Shown one piece after another: positions 19,163 to 30,139 of a DNA stretch of 32,000 nucleotides; the stretch's first letter is position 1; every line of letters starts with the position of its first letter. This DNA is from Wolbachia endosymbiont of Dirofilaria (Dirofilaria) immitis (lineage in GTDB: Bacteria; Pseudomonadota; Alphaproteobacteria; Rickettsiales; Anaplasmataceae): assembly GCF_013365455.1 (NCBI RefSeq), contig NZ_CP046578.1, positions 570,001 to 602,000 of the forward strand, given 5' to 3'. The notes under the pieces were generated by a model, which saw only the letters and a program-made list of their open reading frames with translations, did not search any database and was not told where the DNA came from. The position numbers and the translations under genes were made by a program.

Positions 19163-21859
19163 ATGTCTTTTATGAAAAAAATTTTCACTATTAACGCATA
19201 TGAAACCTTTTTTGATGTGCTGGTTCAGCACATATTTTCTGAATATGAAAAAGAAAAAATTCCTGAAATAAAGATTATACTCCCCTGCAAAAGAGATGTC
19301 ATAGCATTGTTAAGTGCATCCAAAAGCCACAGTGCTAAAAAATGCATCATTCTACCAGAGGTAGTTTCACTAGAAAACATTAATGAAGAAGATTCAATAT
19401 TAAATCTTGACAAAATCAGAGTCATCAAGCCAATAAAAAGGATGCTATTGCTGATTCAATTCATCCTAAAATGGAATAAAAAAAATAACGATACCTTCCC
19501 CATTGATTTAGCTTGCAGCCTACCACTACTGCTTGATGAGATCCAAGCTGCCCAAACAATAGATTATTATCAACCCAGTGAGCACCCAGGAAAAATAGAA
19601 AGTTTCATAAATTTGCTTATTGAAACCTGGGATAAAACCCTAAGAAATCTTGGAGTAATAGATATATCAAAACATAAAAGTGATTATATAAAAAATATGA
19701 TCGCTTCTTTAAAAAAAGATCAACATGTAATCTTTGTTGGAATTGGAAAGGGTAAAATTTATAAACTATTGATCAAAGCTATATATGACATACCACTTGG
19801 AAAAATAATCTTACCTAACTTGAACTTAAAAATTAAAGAGAAAAATTGGAAGTCACTTGGTAAAAGGCACTACCAGCATAGTATAAAGGATCTGCTGGAT
19901 TACTTAAATGTAGATAGAAAAGATGTAAGTCTTCTAAAAGAAACTAACATCACTGCCACTCAAACACATAAAGCTGGAATTTGTGATCAAGGAACTGTAG
20001 ACCACCTAGATTATATCTTTGATACAACTACTGATCTTAACAAAGTTAGTAATGAGTACATCAAAAATATCGAAGTCATCACCTGTGACTCTAAAGAAGA
20101 AGAAGCACAAGTGATATCGTTGATTATAAAAAATGAAGGTCATGAAAACGTTTCTCTGGTCGTTCTTGATAAATTACTTGCAACACGTATAGCTTGTTTA
20201 TCAAAGCCCATATCAGAAAATTACTCTTACATAATGCTTTTACTTAATAGTATCGAAGTTTTGACCTCAAATTGGAACAGTGTAGCATTGCTTGCGCTTC
20301 TCAAACATAAACTAGTAACTTTTGGTCACTCTCAGGAAAAATATGCTCAGATTTTATCTGAGTTTGAAATAGAGGTATTACGTAACTTTAACACAAATGG
20401 CCTAAGCGATATCATAAATTCTATTAATATCCATGAAAAGCTAAAATATAAAGAGGATATACTGTTTATTATTAATAATTTAAAGATTATATCTAATATA
20501 TTATATAATGTTACAGATTATTTTATTTATGATATAGTAACAGCCCATTTACAGTGCATTAATATGCTTTCTAATATAAATTTTTTAGAGCTAGATAATA
20601 AAATAGGCGATTTTGTTCGTGATTTTTTAAACGCATGTAAGGGTGTAACAATCAAATGTTCTTTAGAGCTATACAAACAAATTCTAATGTTATTCCTAAA
20701 GAAAGAGTTTTTTTCTATAACAAGTAACTTTAATAGACTCAGTTTATATCACAATAGAGTTACAATACTTGCTGGATTTTATGATATGCCTAGTTTTCAA
20801 AACCCACTTTTAAATGCATTGACAAGAGAAAAATTTAACCTCCCTTCTATACAAGAGAAGCAGGGTTATTTTTTATATACCTTACGCAATTTATTTGGTG
20901 CAAGCAAAGTTTATATCACAAGACTGCTGAGCGATAAGAAACCAACTATATTAAGTCGTCTAGAAGTTCTATTACAAAAACCAAAATATCCTTATTGTGA
21001 TTGGTTAAGAATATTAAATACACCTGAATATGTTGTTCCATACACTCAGCCTATACCAAAGCCTCAAGCTAAAGTCAGAGAAGAAAAAATGCAAGTGATA
21101 TCTTGCAGTGCGGTAGAAAAACTAATTCGTAATCCTTACTCGTTTTATGTTGAATACATACTGAACCTTAAACAGTTAAGAGACCTAAATTTCAAGCCAT
21201 CAATATTAGAATTTGGCACTGTGGTGCACAGCATTTTTAAGAAGCACTCATGTGATAGAAAACCATTAATGAGCATCGCACACGAAGTATTCTCAACTAG
21301 CCAGTTTCACTTCTCAAGTATATGGTGGGCAAGGTTACAAAGAGTAATTCAATCTTTCGTTAAACTAGATAAGGATAGAAATAATCATGTCGAGTTAGAA
21401 AAGAGCTTTTCTTATCCGATATCTCATATTCCAACACATACTGACAGTTATGTTACTTGGATGACAAAAGAAATTTCACTGATAGTAAGATGTGACCGAG
21501 TTGAATACCTGCCAAGTGGGCAAGTAGCAATTATAGACTATAAATTTGGTTCATCACCATCAAATAAGGAAATTATGTCAGGTTTTTTTCCACAATTAAT
21601 TTTACAAGCCTTAGCAGTGGAACATACAACCAAGAGAGAAGTTTCAGAGCTTGCTTATTGGAAATTTGACTATGATAAAATAAAAGTTACTACCTTAAAA
21701 AATTATAGACTAAAAATGCAAGAATTTCAAGATAATTTACCAAGCTTCCTGTCTAATTATTTAAGGGAGACTACCCCTTTTATTGCCTCCCCATATTTCG
21801 ATAAATTCCTAAGATTTAATAGCTATAAACAGCTAGAAAGGATAGAAGAGTGGTTGTAA
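19163..21859 (+). CDS. PD-(D/E)XK nuclease family protein, AddB-like double-strand break repair protein
   Basis: 898 aa; C-terminal nuclease motifs ILEFGTVVHSIFKKH and GQVAIIDYKFGSSPSNKEIMSGFFPQLILQALAVE; degenerate N-terminal helicase-like half. Confidence 0.8.
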   Translation: MSFMKKIFTINAYETFFDVLVQHIFSEYEKEKIPEIKIILPCKRDVIALLSASKSHSAKKCIILPEVVSLENINEEDSILNLDKIRVIKPIKRMLLLIQFILKWNKKNNDTFPIDLACSLPLLLDEIQAAQTIDYYQPSEHPGKIESFINLLIETWDKTLRNLGVIDISKHKSDYIKNMIASLKKDQHVIFVGIGKGKIYKLLIKAIYDIPLGKIILPNLNLKIKEKNWKSLGKRHYQHSIKDLLDYLNVDRKDVSLLKETNITATQTHKAGICDQGTVDHLDYIFDTTTDLNKVSNEYIKNIEVITCDSKEEEAQVISLIIKNEGHENVSLVVLDKLLATRIACLSKPISENYSYIMLLLNSIEVLTSNWNSVALLALLKHKLVTFGHSQEKYAQILSEFEIEVLRNFNTNGLSDIINSINIHEKLKYKEDILFIINNLKIISNILYNVTDYFIYDIVTAHLQCINMLSNINFLELDNKIGDFVRDFLNACKGVTIKCSLELYKQILMLFLKKEFFSITSNFNRLSLYHNRVTILAGFYDMPSFQNPLLNALTREKFNLPSIQEKQGYFLYTLRNLFGASKVYITRLLSDKKPTILSRLEVLLQKPKYPYCDWLRILNTPEYVVPYTQPIPKPQAKVREEKMQVISCSAVEKLIRNPYSFYVEYILNLKQLRDLNFKPSILEFGTVVHSIFKKHSCDRKPLMSIAHEVFSTSQFHFSSIWWARLQRVIQSFVKLDKDRNNHVELEKSFSYPISHIPTHTDSYVTWMTKEISLIVRCDRVEYLPSGQVAIIDYKFGSSPSNKEIMSGFFPQLILQALAVEHTTKREVSELAYWKFDYDKIKVTTLKNYRLKMQEFQDNLPSFLSNYLRETTPFIASPYFDKFLRFNSYKQLERIEEWL

Positions 21860-23747
21860 AATCAGTAATAGTACATCACGAAAGTAGCTGACACTTTGAT
21901 TTATAGTGTAGTTCATTGTACTACAGCATTAACATATGACAGAAATGTTGATAGATTTTCTGTTATCCTCATTTTAACATTTCTGAAGATAATACAAAAA
22001 TAGAACATCATCCTTGATTATGCTAAATTAAAACTGGATTTCAATATCTGTTAATTAAAACGCTATTTTAAAATAAGACATAGGTTGGTTAAGTAAAAAA
22101 TTTGCCTCTATGCTTCTATTTTTTACTTTATCTCTTTGCAAACTCCCATAGTAATACGTTAAACTATCTCTTGACTAAGCAAAAATTTTACAACCACAAA
22201 AACATATAAAGAGGCGTCAAAGTACTATGGTAATCAGATGGTATGTGTAGAAGAGATTAAGAAAGTACATTGTAAATTCATGCATAAACAGCAACCATAA
22301 CAAAATAGTCAGGCAAAAGCTAAAAAGAGAACATAAAGTAACAAAAAAAATTCAAGAAATAAAAGAAACAACAGTGGTACATTGAGTACCAATAGATAAG
22401 CTAAAATTTGTAATATGCATACTAGCTGGCATTTAATATTGAACTATACATGGAGAATTTTTTAATAGCCTAAACTTAGTTGAGCAAAATTCCTTGAAGG
22501 AGTTTTTTTCAAGTATAGTACTAATATAATTCAACACTGATTCATAATTAGTGCAGCATTAGACTATACTTACACCTTACATATATAAATGTAATCCTAT
22601 AGAATAAGACTACCTTATACGTTGTGCATGAGTTAGAAGGCGGTAACCCTACATTATAAATGTGATTCTAAAGCATGGAACAAATTCTAATGAATTTGAT
22701 AGCTAAAAATTTACATTATTGCATTGCACTCTAAAAAAAATAAAAACAATGTTGATAAGATACTACCTGAACACAGCGCTGAAACTGATGTAAACTCTTT
22801 TGAAAAAAAGCTAATCGTTAAAATGGTATCATAAAACACAGTCCAAAGCATAACAAAAATACTCTTACTACATGCATTTAATAGGCAAAAAAACAGGGTG
22901 CATAGTTTTATTATTTTCAATAATTATACAGAACTGATTACAATATCGAAATTGCAGAATTATCATTAAAGGAAGGTTCTAGTCGCAAATTTTGTAATTA
23001 AATAGAAAAAGAGAATCAAATACTAGTACATCACATATTTAGCCAAGTAGAAAGAGAAAATGAGATTGTAAAATTACTTATTTAAACACAAGGAAAATGC
23101 AAATAATAATAATTTACATTTATCCAGCTACTTATAACAGGTAATATAGAACATAACTCTCCACAAAAAACAACTTTCAAGAGTTCCTTAAGAAAATAGG
23201 TAATCACTTAAGTTCAATGCTGCTGTTCAGTGTTATAGTAATATAACACTTATAATAAAAATTATACCTAGAACTACTATTGTATTGAAATAATCACACT
23301 TGTTGTGTTATCAGGAATTGCTAATACTGCGGCAAGCAGAATAGCACAGGATATCTTGCTAATATATTGATAAATCAATGCTGTTGTAATCAGTAGTATA
23401 CATTCTAGTACTATATAAGCCCTACTTGGCATCAGCCCATAAAAACAAATTAAACATGTTATAAGTTTGCAAACTCCTAGCTGTAAGTGCTACTCTTAGT
23501 TTATCATTCCAAGATTTCGTATAAGATCAGATCTCTTATATAACTATTTTCATGTTAAAACTTGCTTATGCTCTTCCTAAGTATTTTACAACCGTATTTC
23601 TCTTACAAACTCCTTATCACTATATAATAGATCTAGCATAGAGAGTTATCATTAAAATTGCTGTAAAAAAAACTGAGTATTAAAAAGAACAAAGTACTTG
23701 TGCTTTACTTACGCTAAAGTAAAATTAGAGTTTACTCAATAATTTTG
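21860..23747. other. About 1.9 kb gene-free region upstream of purF
   Basis: Only one short ORF (69 aa, 22711..22920 minus) with no recognisable family. Confidence 0.65.
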
Positions 23748-25133
23748 ATGCTTGATGAAATACATGAAGAATGTGGGGTATTTGGTACAAGCTACAACAA
23801 GAATGCTGCTTTTGACTCTATACTAGGTCTTCATGCTTTACAGCATAGAGGTCAAGAATCTTTTGGCATAACTACAAGTAGCAATGGCAAGTTACATTCT
23901 TATCACTTTCAAGGTCAAGTAAGCAGCATAATTGATAAAACAAGTGAAATAAAAAAATCCCTGCCTGGAGATTACGCAATAGGCCATGTTCGATATTCAA
24001 CAAGTGGTAGTAAGTCTGGAGCACAACCTATGCTCGGCAAAAGCAGTAAGTTTGGAGATTTTGCTATAGCACACAATGGTAATTTAATTAAAGTTTCCTT
24101 AATACGTGAACAGCTAATCAAACAAGGATGTATTTTTCAATCAGATATTGACACAGAAGTAGTAGTACGTTTAGTAGAAATCAATACGAAGAGTAGCTTC
24201 TTAGAGAGTTTCATATACGCATTAAAGCAAATACAAGGTGCCTATTCCTTCGTTGCAATCAACCAAGAAGTAGTTATTGGAGTACGCGACCCAGCAGGAA
24301 TAAGGCCTCTTGTTTCAGGGAAGTTAAATGGTTCTTATGTTCTCGCATCTGAGACTTGTGCTTTTGATATAGTAAACGCAGAATTTGTGAGAGAAATAGA
24401 GCCAGGGGAGCTAGTCACTCTCGATCGGAATGGCAACTTAGCTTCAGCATTTCCCTTTTCACAGCAAAAGTCAAGCTTTTGTATTTTTGAATATGTTTAC
24501 TTCTCACGATCAGACAGCATAATGGAGAACAAGTCTATATATGATATAAGAAAAGAAGTAGGAAGAACGCTTGCAGAGGAAAGTCCACCAAAAAATGACG
24601 TGGATATGGTTGTACCAATACCTGATTCTGGAACACCTGTAGCTATCGGATATTCAAAGCATTCAGCTCTGCCCATGGAACTAGGAATAATTCGCAATCA
24701 CTATATAGGAAGAACTTTTATACAACCAACCGCTGAAGTACGTAAAGATAAAATAAAACTAAAATTTAATGCTAACAAACAAATTCTGAAGGGTAAAAAT
24801 ATAGTTTTAATAGATGATAGTATAGTACGTGGTAGCACACTCAGAAACATAATAGTCATGCTAAAAGACGCAGGAGTAAAAGAAATTCACCTAAAAATTT
24901 CAAGCCCACCAATTAAGTATTCTTGTTTTTATGGAATCGATACACCAGAACGCAAGGATTTAATTGCTGCAAACCAATCTATAAAGGAAATAGAGGCAAG
25001 CATAGGAGTGAATAGCTTAACTTTCTTAAGCATTGATAGTCTATATCAAGCCATTAAGAAAGAAAAGCGCAATAACATAACACCTCAATACTGCGATGCC
25101 TGTTTTACTGGTGATTATCCAATTGGCAAGTAA
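23748..25133 (+). CDS. purF: Amidophosphoribosyltransferase
   Basis: Catalytic ECGVFG followed by LHALQHRGQESFGI; PRPP-binding VLIDDSIVRGST; ends YCDACFTGDYPI. Track start is TTG at 23745; adjacent ATG at 23748 preferred. Confidence 0.97.
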   Translation: MLDEIHEECGVFGTSYNKNAAFDSILGLHALQHRGQESFGITTSSNGKLHSYHFQGQVSSIIDKTSEIKKSLPGDYAIGHVRYSTSGSKSGAQPMLGKSSKFGDFAIAHNGNLIKVSLIREQLIKQGCIFQSDIDTEVVVRLVEINTKSSFLESFIYALKQIQGAYSFVAINQEVVIGVRDPAGIRPLVSGKLNGSYVLASETCAFDIVNAEFVREIEPGELVTLDRNGNLASAFPFSQQKSSFCIFEYVYFSRSDSIMENKSIYDIRKEVGRTLAEESPPKNDVDMVVPIPDSGTPVAIGYSKHSALPMELGIIRNHYIGRTFIQPTAEVRKDKIKLKFNANKQILKGKNIVLIDDSIVRGSTLRNIIVMLKDAGVKEIHLKISSPPIKYSCFYGIDTPERKDLIAANQSIKEIEASIGVNSLTFLSIDSLYQAIKKEKRNNITPQYCDACFTGDYPIGK

Positions 25134-25301
25134 TTTAATTAGTAGAAAAAACAGTTTTAAAATAAGTTTTTATAAATCACCAATTCCTATGAATTAAAAG
25201 TATTAAAATAATTACTGTGAATGTCAAAAAAAAGAAAAAATAATGAATAACATATATACTTTTTCATTATTTTATGATTAAATAGCAACAATTATAATCT
25301 C

Positions 25302-25886
25302 ATGGTAAGCAATGTGTTCATTCAAATCGAAGAAACACCAAACCTAAACACATTGAAGTTTCTTCCTGGATTTGCGATTCTAAACGAAGGAGAAACGGTT
25401 GATTTCTCAAGCACAGATAAAACAAAAAACTCTAAATTAGCAGCAAATCTTTTCCAAATAGAACATGTAGTAAGAGTATTTTTCGGTCACGATTTTATTT
25501 CAGTAACAAAATCAGATAAAATTAACTGGAATACATTAAAAACAGAAGTCTTAACTACAATCATAGATCACTTTACTTCTGGTAGAAAAGCCCTAGATAA
25601 AGAATGGGTAAATGATAATGACATACTAGAGAAAGAATTTTTTGATGAAAGTGACACAGAAATTGTAAGCAGGATAAAAGAATTAATGGAAAGTTATATC
25701 AAACCTGCAGTCACTCAAGATGGTGGCGATATCAAATTTCGTGGTTATAAAGACGGAATAGTTTATGTTGAGCTACAAGGATCCTGTTCTGGGTGTCCAA
25801 GTGCTGCAATCACTCTTAAGCAGGGAGTACAAAACATGCTGTGCTATCATATACCAGAAATTCTAGGTATAGAGACTATACTATGA
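25302..25886 (+). CDS. NifU/Nfu-type iron-sulfur scaffold family protein
   Basis: N-terminal Nfu-type domain ([23 protein letters not shown]) and C-terminal [40 protein letters not shown] (CxxC). Confidence 0.92.
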   Translation: MVSNVFIQIEETPNLNTLKFLPGFAILNEGETVDFSSTDKTKNSKLAANLFQIEHVVRVFFGHDFISVTKSDKINWNTLKTEVLTTIIDHFTSGRKALDKEWVNDNDILEKEFFDESDTEIVSRIKELMESYIKPAVTQDGGDIKFRGYKDGIVYVELQGSCSGCPSAAITLKQGVQNMLCYHIPEILGIETIL

Positions 25887-27124
25887 TTACTCAACTAGCT
25901 AGAGGAACAAAGGATCTATTGTTTAATGAATGGTATAAGTTCAAATATATAGAGCAAACAGCAAACAGGATTTCAAATTTATACGGTTTTCTGCCTGTTC
26001 AAACTCCAATATTTGAATATACAGAAGTCTTCACAAAGACTTTAGGTAATAGCTCGGACATTATCAATAAAGAGATGTACACCTTCAATGATAAAGGAGG
26101 AAAGAGCATAACTTTGCGCCCTGAGTTTACTGCCGCAGTCGTCAGGTTACTGATTGAAAAAAAACTGCAAACACCGATAAAATTGTTTTCAACAGGGCCT
26201 GCATTCCGATATGAGAGACCTCAAAAGGGAAGGCAAAGACAGTTTCACCAAATAAATTTTGAAGTTTTCGGTATAGAAGACCCAAAAGCTGATGTTGAAT
26301 TGATATCACTCGCTCAACATCTGTTAACTGAATTTGGTCTTAATAAAAACTTAAGGTTAGAAATTAATTCTTTAGGTAATAGTGAAACGATGCCAAAATA
26401 TAGAGAAGCTCTAATATCATATTTCAAAAAGTTTCAAAATGACCTATCAGAAGATAGCCAAAATAGACTGATTAAAAACCCACTTAGAATATTGGATTCC
26501 AAAGACAAGAAAGATAAAGAAATAATCTCTGGTGCACCTAAAATTAGCGATCATTATACAAAGGAGTCTTCATATTTTTTTGATCAAATATTAAACGGAT
26601 TAACAATTCTCGATATACCTTATACCATAAACAATACACTAGTCCGTGGATTAGATTATTATTGCCACACAGTATTTGAATTCATTACAGAAGATTTGGG
26701 TAGCCAAAGAACAGTATTTGCAGGAGGAAGATATGATAATCTGATGTCTTCAGTAGGTGAAAAATACACTCCAGCAGTAGGATTTGCTGGAGGTGTTGAG
26801 CGCATAATGGAATTAACCAGTTATTCTGCAAAAGAAGAGAGACCTACTTATCTAGTTCCTATTGACAGTGAGGCTAAAGAATATGCTTTCACGCTTGCAA
26901 ATGAATTACGTAGAAGCGGTTTATACATAATTCATGAATATAGTGGAACGCTTAAAAGCTATATGAAGAAAGCGAATCAAGCAAATGCTAAAGTCGCACT
27001 TATTTTCGGTAATGAAGAACTGAGCAGTAAAATTTTAAAAATTAAGAACATGGATACAGGTGAAGAAAAGAAAGTTACCCATGACGATATAATAGAAAAC
27101 ATTCACCAAGCTTTGCTTACATAA
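25883..27124 (+). CDS. hisS: Histidyl-tRNA synthetase
   Basis: [75 protein letters not shown]. Start at ATG 25883, overlapping the TGA of the preceding gene (ATGA). Confidence 0.97.
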   Translation: MITQLARGTKDLLFNEWYKFKYIEQTANRISNLYGFLPVQTPIFEYTEVFTKTLGNSSDIINKEMYTFNDKGGKSITLRPEFTAAVVRLLIEKKLQTPIKLFSTGPAFRYERPQKGRQRQFHQINFEVFGIEDPKADVELISLAQHLLTEFGLNKNLRLEINSLGNSETMPKYREALISYFKKFQNDLSEDSQNRLIKNPLRILDSKDKKDKEIISGAPKISDHYTKESSYFFDQILNGLTILDIPYTINNTLVRGLDYYCHTVFEFITEDLGSQRTVFAGGRYDNLMSSVGEKYTPAVGFAGGVERIMELTSYSAKEERPTYLVPIDSEAKEYAFTLANELRRSGLYIIHEYSGTLKSYMKKANQANAKVALIFGNEELSSKILKIKNMDTGEEKKVTHDDIIENIHQALLT

Positions 27125-27140
27125 ATTAAATAAATATAGT

Positions 27141-27647
27141 TTATTTCATATGGCATGAACCATGCATTTTTTGGTATGCTTTCTGAAAGCCAAGTAGAGA
27201 ATAAGTATCATCAACAGTAGTTGCTCTTATTTTCCCACTAACTACCATTGACAACCCTTGTTTCATCTTGAGGATTAGATCTTGATCTGTTTCTATATGT
27301 TCTGCCCACGCAAAATTCCCCTGTATTATAGACAGTATATATTCAACTTTCTTATCGACACCGAGAACTACAGGCTCTTTATCGTACTGAAAGCCAGAAG
27401 TTACGCTTACCTCACCTGCTTTTTTATTAACATAACTAACCATTACATATGGCCTGCGAGCAATCGTATAATGCTCACTTTTTTTCTTAGGATAAGATAC
27501 AATGTAACACACTCTTTCTCCATCTTCTAATGCAGTGTACACAAACCAATCTTTATACCTTTCCTTTAGCTCCACACTATCAACTGATGCAAGAGCATCC
27601 ATTGAGAAAAATATTAAAAATACAAAAAAACTACGCATGCAAATCAA
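27141..27647 (-). CDS. Invasion-associated locus B (IalB) family protein
   Basis: Signal peptide; YKDWFVYTALEDGERVCYIVSYPKK, RPYVMVSYVNKKAGEVSVTSGFQY, VVSGKIRATTVDDTYSLLGFQKAYQKM. Internal ATG at 27638 (MRSFFVF) is an alternative start. Confidence 0.82.
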   Translation of the reverse strand: MICMRSFFVFLIFFSMDALASVDSVELKERYKDWFVYTALEDGERVCYIVSYPKKKSEHYTIARRPYVMVSYVNKKAGEVSVTSGFQYDKEPVVLGVDKKVEYILSIIQGNFAWAEHIETDQDLILKMKQGLSMVVSGKIRATTVDDTYSLLGFQKAYQKMHGSCHMK

Positions 27648-28536
27648 GCTTTAAACTTTCTGACTGTATATGCTGTTTTACTTTACTCATTGCTTGTTCG
27701 GCTAACTGTCTTATTCTCTCCCTTGAAACGCTATACTTTTTACCAAGCTCATCCAGAGTTTGAGTGTTTTCAGACAAATACCTGCTAATAAAGATATCTC
27801 TTGATCTTTCACTAAGACTTCCTAATGCATTATTTAAAATCGTTTCTTTCAATTCTTTTTCTTCATGATTTTGATAAGTTACTTCCTGACTAGCAAAGTT
27901 ACAAGGAATCATATCTTGCAGCTCTTTCTTAGAATCATCACCTACCTTTAAGCAATTATTCAGCGATTGATCCTTATAAGCCAACCGGTAACTCATCTGT
28001 ATAACATCCACTTCAGACACAGCAAGTTCATTAGATATCGCTTTTATTTCTTCACTGCTTAAGGTTTCTCTGTTTGTACACTGCAAAATTCTTTTCTTTA
28101 TTTTACGCAAACTAAAAAATAACTTTCTTTGCGCTTGTGTTGTGCCTATTTTTATAAATGACCAAGACTTCAATATGAAATCTTTTATTGAAGCTTCAAT
28201 CCACCATACCGCATAAGTCGAAAAGCGGAACCCCAGATTAGGATTAAACTTTTTCACTGCATGCATTAACCCTACATTTCCTTCCATAATCAAGTCCATA
28301 AGCAGTAACCCATAATTTTTAAACTTCATTGCAATTTTTACTACCAAATTTAAATGACTAGTAATTAACTTATGAGCAGAAGAAATATCCTTACATTGGT
28401 GCCAATTTTTTGCTAGCCGTATTTCCTCTTCTTGGGAAAGAATAGAAAATTTTTGCACTTCAGCAATATATTGAATTAGACTAGCACTACCATTCACACA
28501 CAAATTTAACGCCGGGATTAACATAATAACTAACAC
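27631..28536 (-). CDS. rpoH: RNA polymerase sigma factor RpoH (sigma-32)
   Basis: LVVKIAMKF, DLIMEGNVGLMHAVKKFNPNLGFRFSTYAVWWIEASIKDFILKSWSFIKIGTTQAQRKLFFSLRK (RpoH-box-like), ERSRDIFISRYL...LDELGKKYSVSRERIRQLAEQAMSK. Confidence 0.95.
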   Translation of the reverse strand: MLVIMLIPALNLCVNGSASLIQYIAEVQKFSILSQEEEIRLAKNWHQCKDISSAHKLITSHLNLVVKIAMKFKNYGLLLMDLIMEGNVGLMHAVKKFNPNLGFRFSTYAVWWIEASIKDFILKSWSFIKIGTTQAQRKLFFSLRKIKKRILQCTNRETLSSEEIKAISNELAVSEVDVIQMSYRLAYKDQSLNNCLKVGDDSKKELQDMIPCNFASQEVTYQNHEEKELKETILNNALGSLSERSRDIFISRYLSENTQTLDELGKKYSVSRERIRQLAEQAMSKVKQHIQSESLKLDLHA

Positions 28537-28694
28537 TAAAACTCTATGATACAGTATACATAATCTCTCAGCAAAAATTCAAGTTTTTACTAAAAAATAC
28601 AACTTATTACTTTATACCTGATTATAAAACTTTATAGCCTTACTATTAGTCATTAGTACCTTCAAACTAAAGTAGCACGTAGCAAGTAATGCTC

Positions 28695-28719
28695 TTCCAG
28701 TGCAAGAAAAACACTGGAA
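28695..28719. terminator. Stem-loop between rpoH and wsp, possible terminator
   Basis: TTCCAGTG (28695-28702) and CACTGGAA (28712-28719), 8 bp perfect stem, 9 nt loop, downstream of the wsp stop codon on the minus strand. T-tract geometry is imperfect. Confidence 0.45.
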
Positions 28720-28801
28720 TTCACATTCCTTTTTTCTAGGTACCAATACCAGAGCTACCTAAATAACAAAACTGGAACAACAAGAAAAGTTACAAAATAG
28801 G

Positions 28802-29512
28802 CTAAAAATTAAACATTAACCCAGCTTCTGTGCCAACAGTGCCATAAAGAACTTTAATTCCGTCTTTAATAGGCTGCTGATCATTTTCAGTAACTGGTTT
28901 ATCAAATTTAGCACCATAAGAGCCAAAATAGCGAGCTCCAGCAAAGAGTTTAATCTCTGGAGTTACATCATAACTGATACCAGCTTTTGCCTGATAAGCA
29001 AAACCAAATCCATATTCCTTATCACCTGTAACTTTTGTTGCTAGAGGATTGCTAAGATATGCTGCGCCAACACCAATACCAATATATGGAGTAACAGGCA
29101 TATCTTCAATTGATACATCATAATATACGTTAACTAATCCTGAAAGTGCATTTAAGTTATCTGCAATTGCTGGAGTAGGAGCTGTTTCAAATATATCTCT
29201 ACTCAGTTGCGAGTAAAGACCTTCAATATCAACCCTAATATCGTCCATCTTATAACCAAAAGCACTACCACCAGCCATAAAAGAAGCTTTATAAAGGTCA
29301 GTAGTTACATTAGCATTTGCACTCTTCTTTTTAGCACCTATAACGCCATCAACTTCCGTTTTAAAAGGTAAAAATTCACTGTTGTACTGCAAGCGAATGT
29401 AGTAGCTAGTCTCTTCATCATCTATTGGACCAATAGGACCTGAAAAAGCAGCATTTGATAAACTTAGCAACGCCACTAAAGCAGTTGCTGAAAAAAACTT
29501 TTTATAATGCAT
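28802..29512 (-). CDS. wsp: Wolbachia major outer surface protein Wsp
   Basis: MHYKKFFSATALVALLSLSNAAFSGPIGPIDDEETSYYIRLQYNSEFLPF...; VTPYIGIGVGAAYLSNP; YGTVGTEAGLMFNF. The track ORF begins at 29527; ATG at 29512, preceded by a GGGGGTG Shine-Dalgarno-like sequence, gives the canonical start. Confidence 0.96.
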   Translation of the reverse strand: MHYKKFFSATALVALLSLSNAAFSGPIGPIDDEETSYYIRLQYNSEFLPFKTEVDGVIGAKKKSANANVTTDLYKASFMAGGSAFGYKMDDIRVDIEGLYSQLSRDIFETAPTPAIADNLNALSGLVNVYYDVSIEDMPVTPYIGIGVGAAYLSNPLATKVTGDKEYGFGFAYQAKAGISYDVTPEIKLFAGARYFGSYGAKFDKPVTENDQQPIKDGIKVLYGTVGTEAGLMFNF

Positions 29513-29803
29513 AATCACCCCCATCAAAAAAATTAAAATTCCACTTTAGCAATTTTAATAAAAGCTAAAGCCAAGTCAAGCACTAACTTAATAACACAAA
29601 ATACTTGACGTACAAAATAATTTTTAGGGAAAAGTAAAGACTTTACCGATAAATCATGTAACTTTTCCGTAGATGATTTCTTTTGACTCTTTGCATTATC
29701 TTCTTACCACTAATACCCCATACCTTAGTGTGACAGATACATTATATAAAACAACGACAGCATTAGAAATACTAGAGAAGCTTAGTCATAATATAGAAAA
29801 ACT

Positions 29804-30136
29804 TTAAAAGGGAAGTTTAAATCCAGAAGGTAAACCCATCATACTTGCTAGATCAGAGGTTGCATTTGTTATATCCGCTTCTGCTTTTTTAATAGCATCG
29901 TTGAACGCTGCTGTTACTAAATCCTCTACTATGTCTTTCTCTTCATTTCTCATAAACTCTAAGTCTATATTTATCTTCTTAACTTTATAGCTACCTATCT
30001 TTATAACTTCTATTAACACGGACACTTTACCACCACCGGAAATACCCTTAAATTCTTTCCCAACATATTTTTCTTGAGCTTCTACAAGCTTCTTTTGCAT
30101 CTCTTGTGCTTGCCTCATTATTTGACTAAAATCCAC
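29804..30136 (-). CDS. YbaB/EbfC family nucleoid-associated protein
   Basis: MDFSQIMRQAQEMQKKLVEAQEKYVGKEFKGISGGGKVSVLI..., DLVTAAFNDAIKKAE, MMGLPSGFKLPF; directly after dnaX, the usual order. Confidence 0.93.
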   Translation of the reverse strand: MDFSQIMRQAQEMQKKLVEAQEKYVGKEFKGISGGGKVSVLIEVIKIGSYKVKKINIDLEFMRNEEKDIVEDLVTAAFNDAIKKAEADITNATSDLASMMGLPSGFKLPF

Positions 30137-30139
30137 AAT

